Counted from the stretch's first letter, positions 9,334-17,970 are shown. The stretch: DNA of 44,207 nt from Oscillospiraceae bacterium (GCA_017436765.1 JAFSCM010000079.1:1-44207), one strand, 5' to 3'. Program-made: numbers and translations. Notes: generated by a model not told the origin, from the sequence alone.

Positions 9334-9738
9334 TTATCCGTGGCATTTGTGTTCGCCGCAACTGTGGTCATGGCTGTGGCAGCTGTGTCCGTGTTCGTGT
9401 TCTCCGTGATGGTCGCATTTTACAGAAGGGTTATATGCAAGGCTGTTTTTCAGCAGGGCAGCAACAGCTGTGTCTGCGTTGCCTTTAACACCGCCGTAAA
9501 ACTTTATTCCTGCCTGTGCCAGAGCCTGCTGTGCACCGCCGCCTATACCGCCGCATATAAGCACCGAAACATTCAGTCCTTTAAGAAAACCTGCCAGTGC
9601 ACCGTGACCTGAACCGGCTGCGCTTATAATTCTTGCGGCAGTTACGCTGCCGTCTGTCACATCATAGATTTTAAACTGTTCTGTATGTCCGAAATGCTGG
9701 AATATATTTCCGTTTTCGTATGTTACTGCTATTCTCAT
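9334..9738 (-). CDS. NifB/NifX-family (dinitrogenase FeMo-cofactor-binding domain) protein with a His/Cys-rich C-terminal tail
   Basis: 134 aa ORF with RBS GGAGGA. The N-terminus MRIAVTYENGNIFQHFGHTEQFKIYDV is typical of the NifX/NifB-C family. The last 27 aa are CDHHGEHEHGHSCHSHDHSCGEHKCHG. Confidence 0.8.
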   Translation of the reverse strand: MRIAVTYENGNIFQHFGHTEQFKIYDVTDGSVTAARIISAAGSGHGALAGFLKGLNVSVLICGGIGGGAQQALAQAGIKFYGGVKGNADTAVAALLKNSLAYNPSVKCDHHGEHEHGHSCHSHDHSCGEHKCHG

Positions 9739-9758
9739 TATTGGTCCTCCATGGTAAA

Positions 9759-10106
9759 TTATATGCCGTTATTTCTGTGTCTGTGGCATCCGCCGCAGCT
9801 GCAGTGGTGTTCCTTGCCGTCACAAAGCTCATAATTGCCGCCGTCAATTTTCAAAGGAATTCCGTCCACAAGCATAAGGGCAAGCTTGTGTCTTGCACTT
9901 GTATAAATCTGCTGTACAGTGGTACGGGCAATTTTCATATATGCTCCGCATTCTTCCTGCGAAAATCCTTCCTTGTCGATAAGCCGAATTGCCTCATATT
10001 CATCCACCGTAAGAAATATATAGCTGGACGAGCGTGTACCCCGCGGGCGGAATTCGTTTACATGTGGCAGTCTACAGACTTTGCGGCATTTTGGTGGTCT
10101 TGGCAA
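9759..10106 (-). CDS. DUF134 (UPF0251) putative DNA-binding protein with a Cys/His-rich C-terminus
   Basis: The track ORF extends to 10115 (GTG start). I prefer the TTG at 10106-10104, 6 nt after RBS GGAGGTG, because it gives the family-typical N-terminus MPRPPKCRKV. The C-terminus is ...CDGKEHHCSCGGCHRHRNNGI. Confidence 0.75.
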   Translation of the reverse strand: MPRPPKCRKVCRLPHVNEFRPRGTRSSSYIFLTVDEYEAIRLIDKEGFSQEECGAYMKIARTTVQQIYTSARHKLALMLVDGIPLKIDGGNYELCDGKEHHCSCGGCHRHRNNGI

Positions 10107-10149
10107 GTATAACACCTCCGTTTATTACTGATGACATTATAGCATATTT

Positions 10150-10185
10150 ATGGCATATGTCAATAATTAAAAATGGCATATGTCA
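10150..10185. promoter_or_regulatory. Two direct copies of the near-palindromic 13-mer ATGGCATATGTCA in a divergent promoter region (candidate operator pair)
   Basis: Exact copies at 10150-10162 and 10173-10185, 23 bp centre to centre. Each contains TGGCATATGTCA, a near-palindrome around CATATG. The pair lies 45-80 bp upstream of the DUF134 start. Confidence 0.5.
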
Positions 10186-10289
10186 TAAATAAACAAAATC
10201 AGACTGTAACAGAATACCTGTTATGGAAATTATTAAATAATATAATAACGGATTTTTTACAGATAATAACGGTCAAAGGAGGCGATAAT

Positions 10290-10577
10290 ATGTCAGAAAG
10301 AAAAAGAAACAAAAAAGCAGGTAAGCTGCCCAGAGAAACGGTATATTCCCAGGTACCGCAGACCTTTGACGAATCCCTGGACAGAATAATGCAGGAGACA
10401 CTGGCTGCGGTTGTTGAGAAGGAAACATATCCGCGGGGCAGAAATGATGAGGAAGAAGAGGACGATACACAGATATACTACACATCTATGGAAAAATACA
10501 AAAAAGACGGCAGATACGAACAGGACCCGTATACGGTAGCACAGCATATGGAAGACAGAACACAGTTCCGTCATTGA
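10290..10577 (+). CDS. Hypothetical small acidic protein
   Basis: The ATG at 10290 lies 6 nt after RBS AAAGGAGG. The 95 aa product is rich in charged residues (NDEEEEDD). A terminator follows. I recognise no family. Confidence 0.55.
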   Translation: MSERKRNKKAGKLPRETVYSQVPQTFDESLDRIMQETLAAVVEKETYPRGRNDEEEEDDTQIYYTSMEKYKKDGRYEQDPYTVAQHMEDRTQFRH

Positions 10578-10583
10578 TTCAGA

Positions 10584-10622
10584 AAGGTGCGGATAGAATA
10601 ATAATTTTTATCCGCACTTTTA
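10584..10622 (+). terminator. Rho-independent terminator
   Basis: Hairpin GTGCGGATA-(13 nt)-TATCCGCAC followed by TTTT. Confidence 0.75.
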
Positions 10623-10692
10623 TATTGTGGCAGCTGTTGAGAAAAAACTGTAATTATGATAAAATAATTTATTATACTTGCGGAGGTGCGCT

Positions 10693-11361
10693 ATGTACAA
10701 TATTTTGATGTGTGATGACGAAGAAGGTATCAGAAATCTTGTATATAAATATGCAAAATACGAGGGCCACAATGTAACCCTTGTTGACAATGGTGTAGCT
10801 GCTGTTGAAGAATGCCGGAACAGCAGATTTGATATTGTGATTCTGGATATAATGATGCCTAAGATGAACGGTTTTGAAGTGGCAAGGGAAATACGCAGTT
10901 TTTCTCAGGTTCCCATAATTATGCTGTCGGCCAGAGGGGAAGAATATGACAGAATTCACGGTTTTGAAGTAGGGGCAGACGATTATGTTGTAAAACCGTT
11001 TTCACCTAAAGAACTGATGATGCGTGTTGATGTTATTATGCGCCGTGTTGCTGCACAGGCAGATAAACATAAAAGCTATCAAAAAGAAGGACTTGCCATA
11101 GACTTTTCTGCAAGAAAGGTATTTGTTGACGGCAGGGAAACTGATCTTGCACCAAAAGAGTACGAACTTCTGTTTTACCTTGTGAAAAACAAAGGTATGG
11201 CAGTTAACAGGGAACGCCTTATGAGCGATATATGGGGATACGAATTTTTCGGTGATGACAGAACGCTTGATACCCATATCAAATTGCTCCGTAAACATAT
11301 AAGCCCATATGGCGGTTTTATAGTAACTCTGCGCGGACTGGGATACAGATTTGAAGAATAA
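10693..11361 (+). CDS. OmpR-family response regulator
   Basis: The ATG at 10693 follows RBS GGAGGTG. A receiver domain (MCDDEEGI, DIVILDIMMPKMNG, KPF) is joined to a winged-helix output domain (LAPKEYELLFYL, RTLDTHIKLLRKH, GLGYRFEE). Confidence 0.95.
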   Translation: MYNILMCDDEEGIRNLVYKYAKYEGHNVTLVDNGVAAVEECRNSRFDIVILDIMMPKMNGFEVAREIRSFSQVPIIMLSARGEEYDRIHGFEVGADDYVVKPFSPKELMMRVDVIMRRVAAQADKHKSYQKEGLAIDFSARKVFVDGRETDLAPKEYELLFYLVKNKGMAVNRERLMSDIWGYEFFGDDRTLDTHIKLLRKHISPYGGFIVTLRGLGYRFEE

Positions 11362-11362
11362 T

Positions 11363-12832
11363 ATGAAAAAAAAGGGTATACTTTCTCAGAATATGACACT
11401 GAGAGTGAAAATACATATATATGTAATGGCTTTTCTCGCAGCATTGCTTATGGTGCTGTGGTTTATTCAGGTTGTATTTTTCAACGAAATATACAGGCAG
11501 GTAAAACGACAGGAAGTAATGCAGGTAGCCACAGTTATGGAAAATATCATAAACGGAATTTATCCCATGCAGCAGCTTGTAGAGGTTGTGGCTGACAAGG
11601 AGGTATGTATAATTGTATATGACGGAGAAATGAATCAGGTTCATTCCCTTGACGGCCCGAGAAACTGCGTTATACACAAAATGACACATACAGAACAGGT
11701 GGAAGCTATACAAAAGGTGCTGGGGGACCATACCACACAGTTTCTTGAATACGAACAGGAGGACGAAACATACCGTCTTGTAACCAGATCATCCAGCAGT
11801 GAGTTCCGCCTGTTCAGCGATAACAAATCTCCGCAGACCATTCTTTATGCCAGAGAAATTGTTGATAAATACGGCGATGAATATACAATACTTATAAACG
11901 GACAGGACGAGCCGGTGGAATCCATTGTAACAACAACCCGCACGGTGCTTACAGTTGTTACACTGTTCTCAATGGTTTTTGCCTGGTTTCTTATTCTGAT
12001 TATGGCAAGAAGTATTTCGGACCCTATTGAAGAGATAAATGACAAGGCCAAGATTCTTGCACAGGGAAACTACAATATAAATTTTGATGCCAGAGGCTAC
12101 AGGGAGATAAACGAACTTTCTGACACAATGACATACGCATCCCAGGAACTGTCCAAGCTTGAGAAACTGCGACAGGAATTTATAGCAAATGTTTCTCACG
12201 ACCTGCGTACTCCGCTGACTATGATAGGCGGATATGCCGAGGTTATGCGTGATATCCCGGGAGAAAATTCTGCCGAAAACGCCCAGGTTATTATAGATGA
12301 GACAAAACGCCTTAACAATATGGTAAGCGAGGTTCTCAACCTGTCAAAGGTGCAGGCGGGAATGACAAAGCCAAATCTTCAGATATACAACTTAACAGAA
12401 AATATCAGCAATATTGTACAGAACACATCGGAGCTTATCCGCAGTGAAGGATATAGAATAATATTTGAATACGATAAAAAAGTTGAAGTCATGGCCGACA
12501 GCACACTTATTGACCAGTGTTTCTACAATCTTCTTATAAATGCACTCAGCTACAGTGCTGATAAAAAAGAAGTTATTGTAAAACAGATTGCAGAAAACGG
12601 TAAGGTAAGGGTTGAGGTAACAGACTTTGGCAAAGGGATATCCAAAGAGGATATTCCGTATATCTGGGAAAGATACTATAAAAACAGCAATAACCGCATC
12701 AGAAATGTTAACAGCACAGGACTGGGACTGTCCATAGTTAAAAATTTCATTGCGGTTCACGACGGGGAATGCGGTGTCGAAAGCAGCGTCGGCAAAGGCA
12801 GCACATTCTGGTTTGAAATTGATATGCTATAA
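11363..12832 (+). CDS. Sensor histidine kinase (two TM segments, HAMP, HisKA, HATPase)
   Basis: H-box FIANVSHDLRTPLT, N-box NLLINALSY, G-boxes DFGKGI and GLGLSIV. I prefer the ATG at 11363, one nt after the regulator stop. The track ORF begins at a TTG at 11351. Confidence 0.9.
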   Translation: MKKKGILSQNMTLRVKIHIYVMAFLAALLMVLWFIQVVFFNEIYRQVKRQEVMQVATVMENIINGIYPMQQLVEVVADKEVCIIVYDGEMNQVHSLDGPRNCVIHKMTHTEQVEAIQKVLGDHTTQFLEYEQEDETYRLVTRSSSSEFRLFSDNKSPQTILYAREIVDKYGDEYTILINGQDEPVESIVTTTRTVLTVVTLFSMVFAWFLILIMARSISDPIEEINDKAKILAQGNYNINFDARGYREINELSDTMTYASQELSKLEKLRQEFIANVSHDLRTPLTMIGGYAEVMRDIPGENSAENAQVIIDETKRLNNMVSEVLNLSKVQAGMTKPNLQIYNLTENISNIVQNTSELIRSEGYRIIFEYDKKVEVMADSTLIDQCFYNLLINALSYSADKKEVIVKQIAENGKVRVEVTDFGKGISKEDIPYIWERYYKNSNNRIRNVNSTGLGLSIVKNFIAVHDGECGVESSVGKGSTFWFEIDML

Positions 12833-12834
12833 CT

Positions 12835-12870
12835 AAAGACAGCCTGTATATTGCTATACAGGCTGTCTTT
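12835..12870. terminator. Bidirectional terminator between convergent genes
   Basis: Perfect 16-bp hairpin AAAGACAGCCTGTATA-ttgc-TATACAGGCTGTCTTT followed by TTT. Confidence 0.85.
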
Positions 12871-13833
12871 TTATCTGTCCAGAATATTATTCTGGATTTT
12901 TATAAGATGGGATTTTTCCGGGAGAGTATCGGAGGCCAGTTCAAACACCACATAGTCAGGGTCAATCTTTCCGATAATTTCTGAAATTCCCTTGTGCTCA
13001 AAAGGCTTGTGGGCGTCCACACGAAGCACATAGTCATAGGCCTGCGCAAATCGCCTGTAAAAGTCCTTTTCAGGTTCAGGCGGATTGCAGCAGAATTCTT
13101 TTGCAAATTTCCCTTCAAGGGTTCCGTGCAGATGTATGCCTTTAACATAAGGCAGAAGGTCGCTGTGCATATCCAGCATTTTATTTATATACACACAGGC
13201 ATCCTCCCAGCTTTCAAGGTCCTTGTTGGTGTGCATAAGATGCCCTGTGTCCAGCATAATGCCCTTGTTGCTGTATTCAATATTGTCCAGCAGCAGTTTT
13301 GTCATACTGTAATCAGTGAATGTAAGGCCTTTCCACCACAGATTTTCAAGCAGCAGACAGAAGGTATAGTTTTTGTCTCTGAAAAGTCTGTTTGCAACAT
13401 TGCAGAGCGCATATATAACTTCTTCATCGCTGTAGGCAAATCTGTTGGTCAGTGTTTCGGTTGTGCCTATTTCGCAAACATGCAGTACAACATATTCAGC
13501 ACCCTTCCGCTGGGCAAAATCCAGTTCGGCTTCGAGGGTCCTGAATATAATATCAAAGCTGTCGCCGCCATAAAATTCCTGCCAGCACTCTCTGCTGCCA
13601 TACTCCTCGTCAAGAGTATCATATCTGCCGTTGTAAAGGTCCATCCACGCATTGTAAAACGGCAGATGTACACCGATAATCATATCATCGGTTATCTCTG
13701 ACGGAAAATCTCCCGCGCTGATAACTTCGTATCCGTCAAGTTTATGTTCACGGCAGAAAGAGTGCAGTTTTTCTGTGCTGCACATATCCTGCATATAATC
13801 TTTCATGGCAATAAGATTGGTTACAAATTTCAT
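12871..13833 (-). CDS. Xylose-isomerase-like TIM-barrel protein (sugar phosphate isomerase/epimerase family)
   Basis: 320 aa ORF with metal-ligand-like motifs spaced as in the AP-endonuclease-2/xylose isomerase fold (VVLHV, LLLENL, MLDTGHLMH, IHLHG). The substrate is unknown. Confidence 0.55.
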   Translation of the reverse strand: MKFVTNLIAMKDYMQDMCSTEKLHSFCREHKLDGYEVISAGDFPSEITDDMIIGVHLPFYNAWMDLYNGRYDTLDEEYGSRECWQEFYGGDSFDIIFRTLEAELDFAQRKGAEYVVLHVCEIGTTETLTNRFAYSDEEVIYALCNVANRLFRDKNYTFCLLLENLWWKGLTFTDYSMTKLLLDNIEYSNKGIMLDTGHLMHTNKDLESWEDACVYINKMLDMHSDLLPYVKGIHLHGTLEGKFAKEFCCNPPEPEKDFYRRFAQAYDYVLRVDAHKPFEHKGISEIIGKIDPDYVVFELASDTLPEKSHLIKIQNNILDR

Positions 13834-13940
13834 AGTTGCGCCTTTCGCTAAACAGTTATTACAAAAAATTTATCACAAAAGGGATTTAGAGTCAATTTGT
13901 AAACAGTAACTTATGCTGCAGTAATCGGTATATACCTTAT

Positions 13941-14391
13941 AAAAAAATAAAAACCACTGAAACTTGTTCAGTGGTTCTCATTGGCTGGGGTACTAGGATT
14001 CGCCGTCTGCTGCGGCCGTGGCCTTGCATACTGTCTGGCTTTCGCTGCCACTCAAGCTCTTTTTGCTGAAAACAGTGTACCACACTGTTTTCTTAACGCA
14101 AAAACCTTCTCAGGTTCGAATCCCGAGTTGTGTACAAAAAAATAAAAACCACCGAAACTTGTTCAGTGGTCTTCATTGGCTGGGGTACTGGGATTGGCCG
14201 TCTGCTGCGGCCGTGGCCTTGCATACTGTCTGGCTTTCGCTGCCGCTCAAGCTCTTTTTGCTGAAAACAGTGTACCACACTGTTTTCTTAACGCAAAAAC
14301 CTTCTCAGGTTCGAATCCCGAGTTGTGTACAAAAAATAAAAACCACTGAAACTTGTTCAGTGGTCTTCATTGGCTGGGGTACTAGGATTCG
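13941..14391. repeat. Tandem repeat with a 195-bp period, 2.3 copies (13941-14135, 14136-14330, partial 14331-14391), overlapping the 3' end of tRNA-Gln
   Basis: Copies A and B differ by 6 substitutions. Read on the minus strand, each unit ends with a copy of the last 21 nt of tRNA-Gln (CGAATCCTAGTACCCCAGCCA) followed by the tRNA terminator hairpin, both preceded by a structured core of about 130 nt. Confidence 0.9.
14331..14364 (-). terminator. Rho-independent terminator of tRNA-Gln, with repeated copies at about 13941-13974 and 14136-14169
   Basis: Minus strand reads ACCACTGAA-caagt-TTCAGTGGT followed by TTTTATTTTTT, immediately 3' of the tRNA. Confidence 0.8.
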
Positions 14392-14446
14392 AACCTAGGG
14401 AATGTTGGAGTCAGAGTCCAATGCCTTACCGCTTGGCGATACCCCA
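14371..14446 (-). tRNA. tRNA-Gln (anticodon CUG), CCA encoded
   Basis: Minus strand reads TGGGGTATCGCCAAGCGGTAAGGCATTGGACTCTGACTCCAACATTCCCTAGGTTCGAATCCTAGTACCCCAGCCA. It has a 7-bp acceptor stem, anticodon loop CTCTGAC and T-arm CTAGG-TTCGAAT-CCTAG. Confidence 0.95.
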
Positions 14447-14463
14447 ATGACTAACGCTCATAT

Positions 14464-14492
14464 ATAATAGCACATCAAAATCAATTTGTAAA
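14464..14492 (-). promoter_or_regulatory. Sigma-A-type promoter of tRNA-Gln
   Basis: Minus strand has TTTACA (14492-14487), a 17-nt spacer and TATTAT (14469-14464), about 18 nt upstream of the mature tRNA 5' end. Confidence 0.65.
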
Positions 14493-14674
14493 GAGTTTTT
14501 TGCGAATTTTTTTTAAATTTTTCAAAAAATTTAAAATAATGCGATTTCCGTCAGATACCGCAGATAAAAATTTGTTGGACACATAACATTTTGATTAAAA
14601 AGGTCAGTTTCGGATACAAGTTTACAATATGCAAATTGAAGAACAGGATATATACATGGTGCGGAAAAAAGATG

Positions 14675-14731
14675 TTGACATTCTCGATTATCGAGGATAT
14701 ACTGAAGATAAAGATATACTCGAATATCGAG
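14675..14731 (+). promoter_or_regulatory. padR operon promoter with two related palindromic operator candidates
   Basis: TTGACA (14675-14680), a 17-nt spacer and TATACT (14698-14703). Palindrome CTCGATTATCGAG (14683-14695) sits inside the spacer. A second palindrome, CTCGAATATCGAG (14719-14731), lies just downstream. Confidence 0.6.
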
Positions 14732-14748
14732 AATGAGAGGTGGCATAT

Positions 14749-15069
14749 ATGCCGAGAACAAAATTTCAGACACTTACAGAACAGATGTTTTATATTCTTC
14801 TCTGCCTGAAAAACGAATATTACGGTATGGATATACTTGACAGGGTGCCTGCCATGACAAATGGCAGGGTTAATGTAGGCTCTGGCACACTGTACAACCT
14901 GCTGGAACAGTTTCTGGAGGAAGGATTTATATACGAAACCAAGGTGGAGGGCCGCCGGCGCAGCTATATCATAGCGCCGAAAGGTGAGGAAATGCTGGAC
15001 AAAGAGGTTGAAAGGTTAAAAGCACAGCTTGCCGACTATAATACATTTTCCGGAAGGGAGGAAGCATAA
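14749..15069 (+). CDS. PadR-family transcriptional regulator
   Basis: The ATG at 14749 follows RBS GAGAGGTGG (the track ORF begins at a GTG at 14740). The motifs FYILLCLKNEYYGMDIL...GTLYNLLEQFLEEGFI are typical of the PadR winged helix. A TAATG overlap couples it to the next gene. Confidence 0.9.
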   Translation: MPRTKFQTLTEQMFYILLCLKNEYYGMDILDRVPAMTNGRVNVGSGTLYNLLEQFLEEGFIYETKVEGRRRSYIIAPKGEEMLDKEVERLKAQLADYNTFSGREEA

Positions 15070-16466
15070 TGAGAAAGACAAAACGCGTTATAGCACAGTT
15101 TACATTTTATGACCGTACAGGTATACAGAAGTTTCTTGAAAGGCAGGCAGAAAAGGGATGGATGCTGGAAAAGATATCTTCATACGGCTGGAAGTTCCGC
15201 CGTATGGAACCTGAGAAAATTCATTATGCGGTTACATATTTTCCCGAAGCTTCAATGTTTGACCCGGAACCTACCGAAAATCAGAAAAGCTTCTGGGATT
15301 TGTGTGAGCACACAGGCTGGAAGCTGGCAAGCCACAATGCACAGATGCAGATTTTTTACAACGAAAGGGAAAATCCTGTCCCGATAGAAACCGACCCGCA
15401 GACAGAGCTGGAGACAATAGAAAAGTCCGCAAATAAATCCTATCTTGTAAGCTACTGGCTTCTTACAGCCTGTACTGTACTGCAGATAGCCTTGGGTATA
15501 TGGCAGTTTGCCACAGACCCTGTGGGATATCTGTCCCGCTCATCAAGTCTGTTTTCTGCACTGTGCTGGAGTATGCTGCTGGCAATGTGCCTTATGGAAA
15601 TCATCGGTTATTTCTCCTGGCGCAAAAGGGCCCGTAAAGCCATTGAAGAAACAGGTGAATTTACCGCTACAAAAGGCTTCCGCAATATTCAGCTGGCTTT
15701 TTTGTGGATTATACTTGCAATATTTGCAGCATTCCTTTTCAGCATAGAGCGCAGATTTGCCGCCGTTGCTGTGATTTCTTCCCTTGTGGTCGGCATTATG
15801 GCATCTGCAATATGGGGATTTTCCGCACTGCTTAAAAAGCTTAAGGTTTCTGCAAAAGCAAACCGCATTGCCACAATAATAATTATTGCCGTACTGCCAT
15901 TTGCAGTTACAGGCATTCTGTTTATAAAGATTCTCGGCGGGGTGTTTGAATCGGGGTGGTTTGACAAGGAAGCTGCATATACCTACGAATACAAGGGTAT
16001 GGAGTGGAAGGTTTATGATGATGAACTTCCGCTGATGGTTGAAGACCTGATTGAAACAGATTATAAGGGATATTCCACAAGCTGGTACGGGGACGAATCA
16101 ATACTGCTTTCAAAGCACGATGCATATCAGCGTCCGCGTATGGATGACCTTAAGGAGCCATATCTGCAGTATACACTTGTAAAGGTTAAAATACCGTTCC
16201 TTTACAGTTTCGTTCACAACCAGATGCTCAGGGATTTTCCGCACAATTACGGTGTGACTTATGAAGATTACGAGTTTTATGAACGGGCAGTGGAAATTGA
16301 CCCCACAGAATGGGGCGCAGATTATGCATATCAGATTTATATGGGCGATTATGCTGAAAATGAGTTCCTTTTGTGCTATAATGACTGTATATTGGAATTA
16401 AGGCCTGATTTTGAAATTGAACTTACAGAGCAGGCGAAGAAAAATATAGGAAATATCTTCGGATAA
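15069..16466 (+). CDS. DUF2812-like membrane protein (usual PadR partner)
   Basis: 465 aa ORF. The N-terminus FYDRTGIQKFLERQAEKGWMLEKISSYGWKFRRMEPEKIHYAVTYF matches the DUF2812 pattern. There is a central block of 5-6 TM helices. Confidence 0.75.
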   Translation: MRKTKRVIAQFTFYDRTGIQKFLERQAEKGWMLEKISSYGWKFRRMEPEKIHYAVTYFPEASMFDPEPTENQKSFWDLCEHTGWKLASHNAQMQIFYNERENPVPIETDPQTELETIEKSANKSYLVSYWLLTACTVLQIALGIWQFATDPVGYLSRSSSLFSALCWSMLLAMCLMEIIGYFSWRKRARKAIEETGEFTATKGFRNIQLAFLWIILAIFAAFLFSIERRFAAVAVISSLVVGIMASAIWGFSALLKKLKVSAKANRIATIIIIAVLPFAVTGILFIKILGGVFESGWFDKEAAYTYEYKGMEWKVYDDELPLMVEDLIETDYKGYSTSWYGDESILLSKHDAYQRPRMDDLKEPYLQYTLVKVKIPFLYSFVHNQMLRDFPHNYGVTYEDYEFYERAVEIDPTEWGADYAYQIYMGDYAENEFLLCYNDCILELRPDFEIELTEQAKKNIGNIFG

Positions 16467-16491
16467 ATACTGTGGATAAGAGAGAAAAAAT

Positions 16492-17094
16492 ATGAAGAAA
16501 CTTAATTTGATTTGTACAATAGCTATGCTGGGCGCAGCAGCAGCCTGTATAGCAGCAAACTTTGCATCTGCATCTTCAGGTGCGGCGGTAACTCCAACAA
16601 ATATAACAGCAACAGTTTTTTACCTTTTGTTCTGGGCGCTTATGACCCGCTTTGCCCCTGCAGCAAAAACATCTGCACTTCTTGCACTGTACAGCATGGC
16701 GGCAGGCATACTGGCAATCTGTGCTGACCTTGGCAACTGGGCAAGTCTTCTGACCAATATCATTACCGCTCCTGCAATTATGATGTTTTACGGCATCAGA
16801 TTTTTCGGCAGCCTGACAATGCTGTGTGTTGTTATAAGCGTGGTTTCCTTTGTAATCCTCATATACAGCCTTATCACCCTGGCAAACAGAAAACCTGTTA
16901 AGGTGAAGGCAGAAAAGACAGAAGACACACAGGAAACTGAACAGATTGCCGAAAGTATAGATATTCCTGAAACAGAGATGATTGCGGAAGCAGCAAAATA
17001 TGTGGAAAACATAAATACCTTTGAAAATAAAGAGCTTGAGCCTGCACAGGAAACAGTTCAGGATACATTATCTGAAACGGCTGATGCACAGTAA
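16492..17094 (+). CDS. Hypothetical polytopic membrane protein with an acidic C-terminal tail
   Basis: 200 aa ORF with about 5 hydrophobic helices followed by an E/T/D-rich tail. I recognise no family. Confidence 0.65.
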   Translation: MKKLNLICTIAMLGAAAACIAANFASASSGAAVTPTNITATVFYLLFWALMTRFAPAAKTSALLALYSMAAGILAICADLGNWASLLTNIITAPAIMMFYGIRFFGSLTMLCVVISVVSFVILIYSLITLANRKPVKVKAEKTEDTQETEQIAESIDIPETEMIAEAAKYVENINTFENKELEPAQETVQDTLSETADAQ

Positions 17095-17177
17095 CGGTAT
17101 TTACAACTTTCACACAAATCACACACTGAAATTCAGTACAATCAGAATGTAACAGTATATAAAACGGAGGTGTAACT

Positions 17178-17696
17178 ATGAATTTTGCATTCAACACAGT
17201 ATACGACATGGATGCTCTTACTGCTATGGCAAGAGCGGTGCGAAAAACCACCCATAAAAAGCATTCATCCCGCAGCCATAAGTTCGGCTGGATAGTGATT
17301 GTAATTGCGGTACTGTTTGTGGTCCTTTCTGTAGTGACAGACAACTTCGGTGCAAACACCGTTTTTACTGCAGCTGCAGCTTTGGTGATGGTTGCCGCAC
17401 TGATATGGGAAGATCGCCTCAATGCCCTGATAGCATCAAAAAGAATGATGAAAGGTGCGGAAAAAGGTGTTGTAACCTTTTATGACGACAATTATGTGTC
17501 GGAAACGGATGTGGGTACAACCGAGTTTAAATACAAGACAATCCAGGCAGTTGCAAAACGCGGCGACTACATAGTATTTGTGTTCAGCCGCCGCCACGCA
17601 CAGGTTTATGATATGCGTGCAATGACAAACGGCACACCAAAGGAATTCTGTAAGTTTATAGAAAAGAAAACGGGACTGGAGATTGTAAAAATATAG
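17178..17696 (+). CDS. YcxB-like membrane protein
   Basis: 172 aa ORF with RBS GGAGG. It has two central TM helices followed by a C-terminal domain (VTFYDDNYVSETDVGTTEFKYKTIQAVAKRGDYIVFVFSRRHAQVY) resembling the YcxB family. Confidence 0.65.
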   Translation: MNFAFNTVYDMDALTAMARAVRKTTHKKHSSRSHKFGWIVIVIAVLFVVLSVVTDNFGANTVFTAAAALVMVAALIWEDRLNALIASKRMMKGAEKGVVTFYDDNYVSETDVGTTEFKYKTIQAVAKRGDYIVFVFSRRHAQVYDMRAMTNGTPKEFCKFIEKKTGLEIVKI

Positions 17697-17711
17697 CATA
17701 TACGGAGGGAA

Positions 17712-17966
17712 ATGGACGATTTGCTTGAATTGATTCTTGAAATTGTGCTGGATGGAACAATAGAAGCAGCAAGTTCCAGAAAGGTACCTCTGCCGCTGCG
17801 CATATTGCTTGGGGCATTTGTATGGATTTTTTTGCTGATAATCTGCGGTGTTATGGTTAAAATCGGCATTGAACAGCACAGTGTAATATTTGTCGGTCTG
17901 TCTGTGCTGATATTTGTGGTTTATGTATATATCATAATCAGTAAAATTATAAAATACAGGAGGTAG
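17712..17966 (+). CDS. Hypothetical small membrane protein (2 TM)
   Basis: 84 aa ORF with RBS GGAGGG, tightly packed in the operon. Confidence 0.55.
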   Translation: MDDLLELILEIVLDGTIEAASSRKVPLPLRILLGAFVWIFLLIICGVMVKIGIEQHSVIFVGLSVLIFVVYVYIIISKIIKYRR

Positions 17967-17970
17967 CATA

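Noticed and set aside
10173-10289. N-terminal extension of the small acidic protein (track ORF starts at 10173)
   Set aside because: The upstream ATG sits inside the operator repeat and has no RBS. The ATG at 10290 has a canonical AAAGGAGG 6 nt upstream.
13941-14391. Possible CRISPR array, or a tmRNA or permuted tRNA gene
   Set aside because: The units are 195 bp long and contiguous, with no unique spacers and no cas genes, so this is not a CRISPR array. There is no tmRNA tag reading frame or 5' GGGG acceptor partner. I could find no 5' acceptor strand complementary to either tRNA-like 3' end, so no complete second tRNA can be folded.
14018-14398. 126-aa ORF whose translation repeats itself (MALHTVWLSLPLKLFLLK... 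appears twice)
   Set aside because: The repetition simply reflects reading through the 195-bp DNA tandem repeat. There is no RBS, the ORF crosses terminator hairpins and runs into the antisense of the tRNA, and its start is non-canonical.
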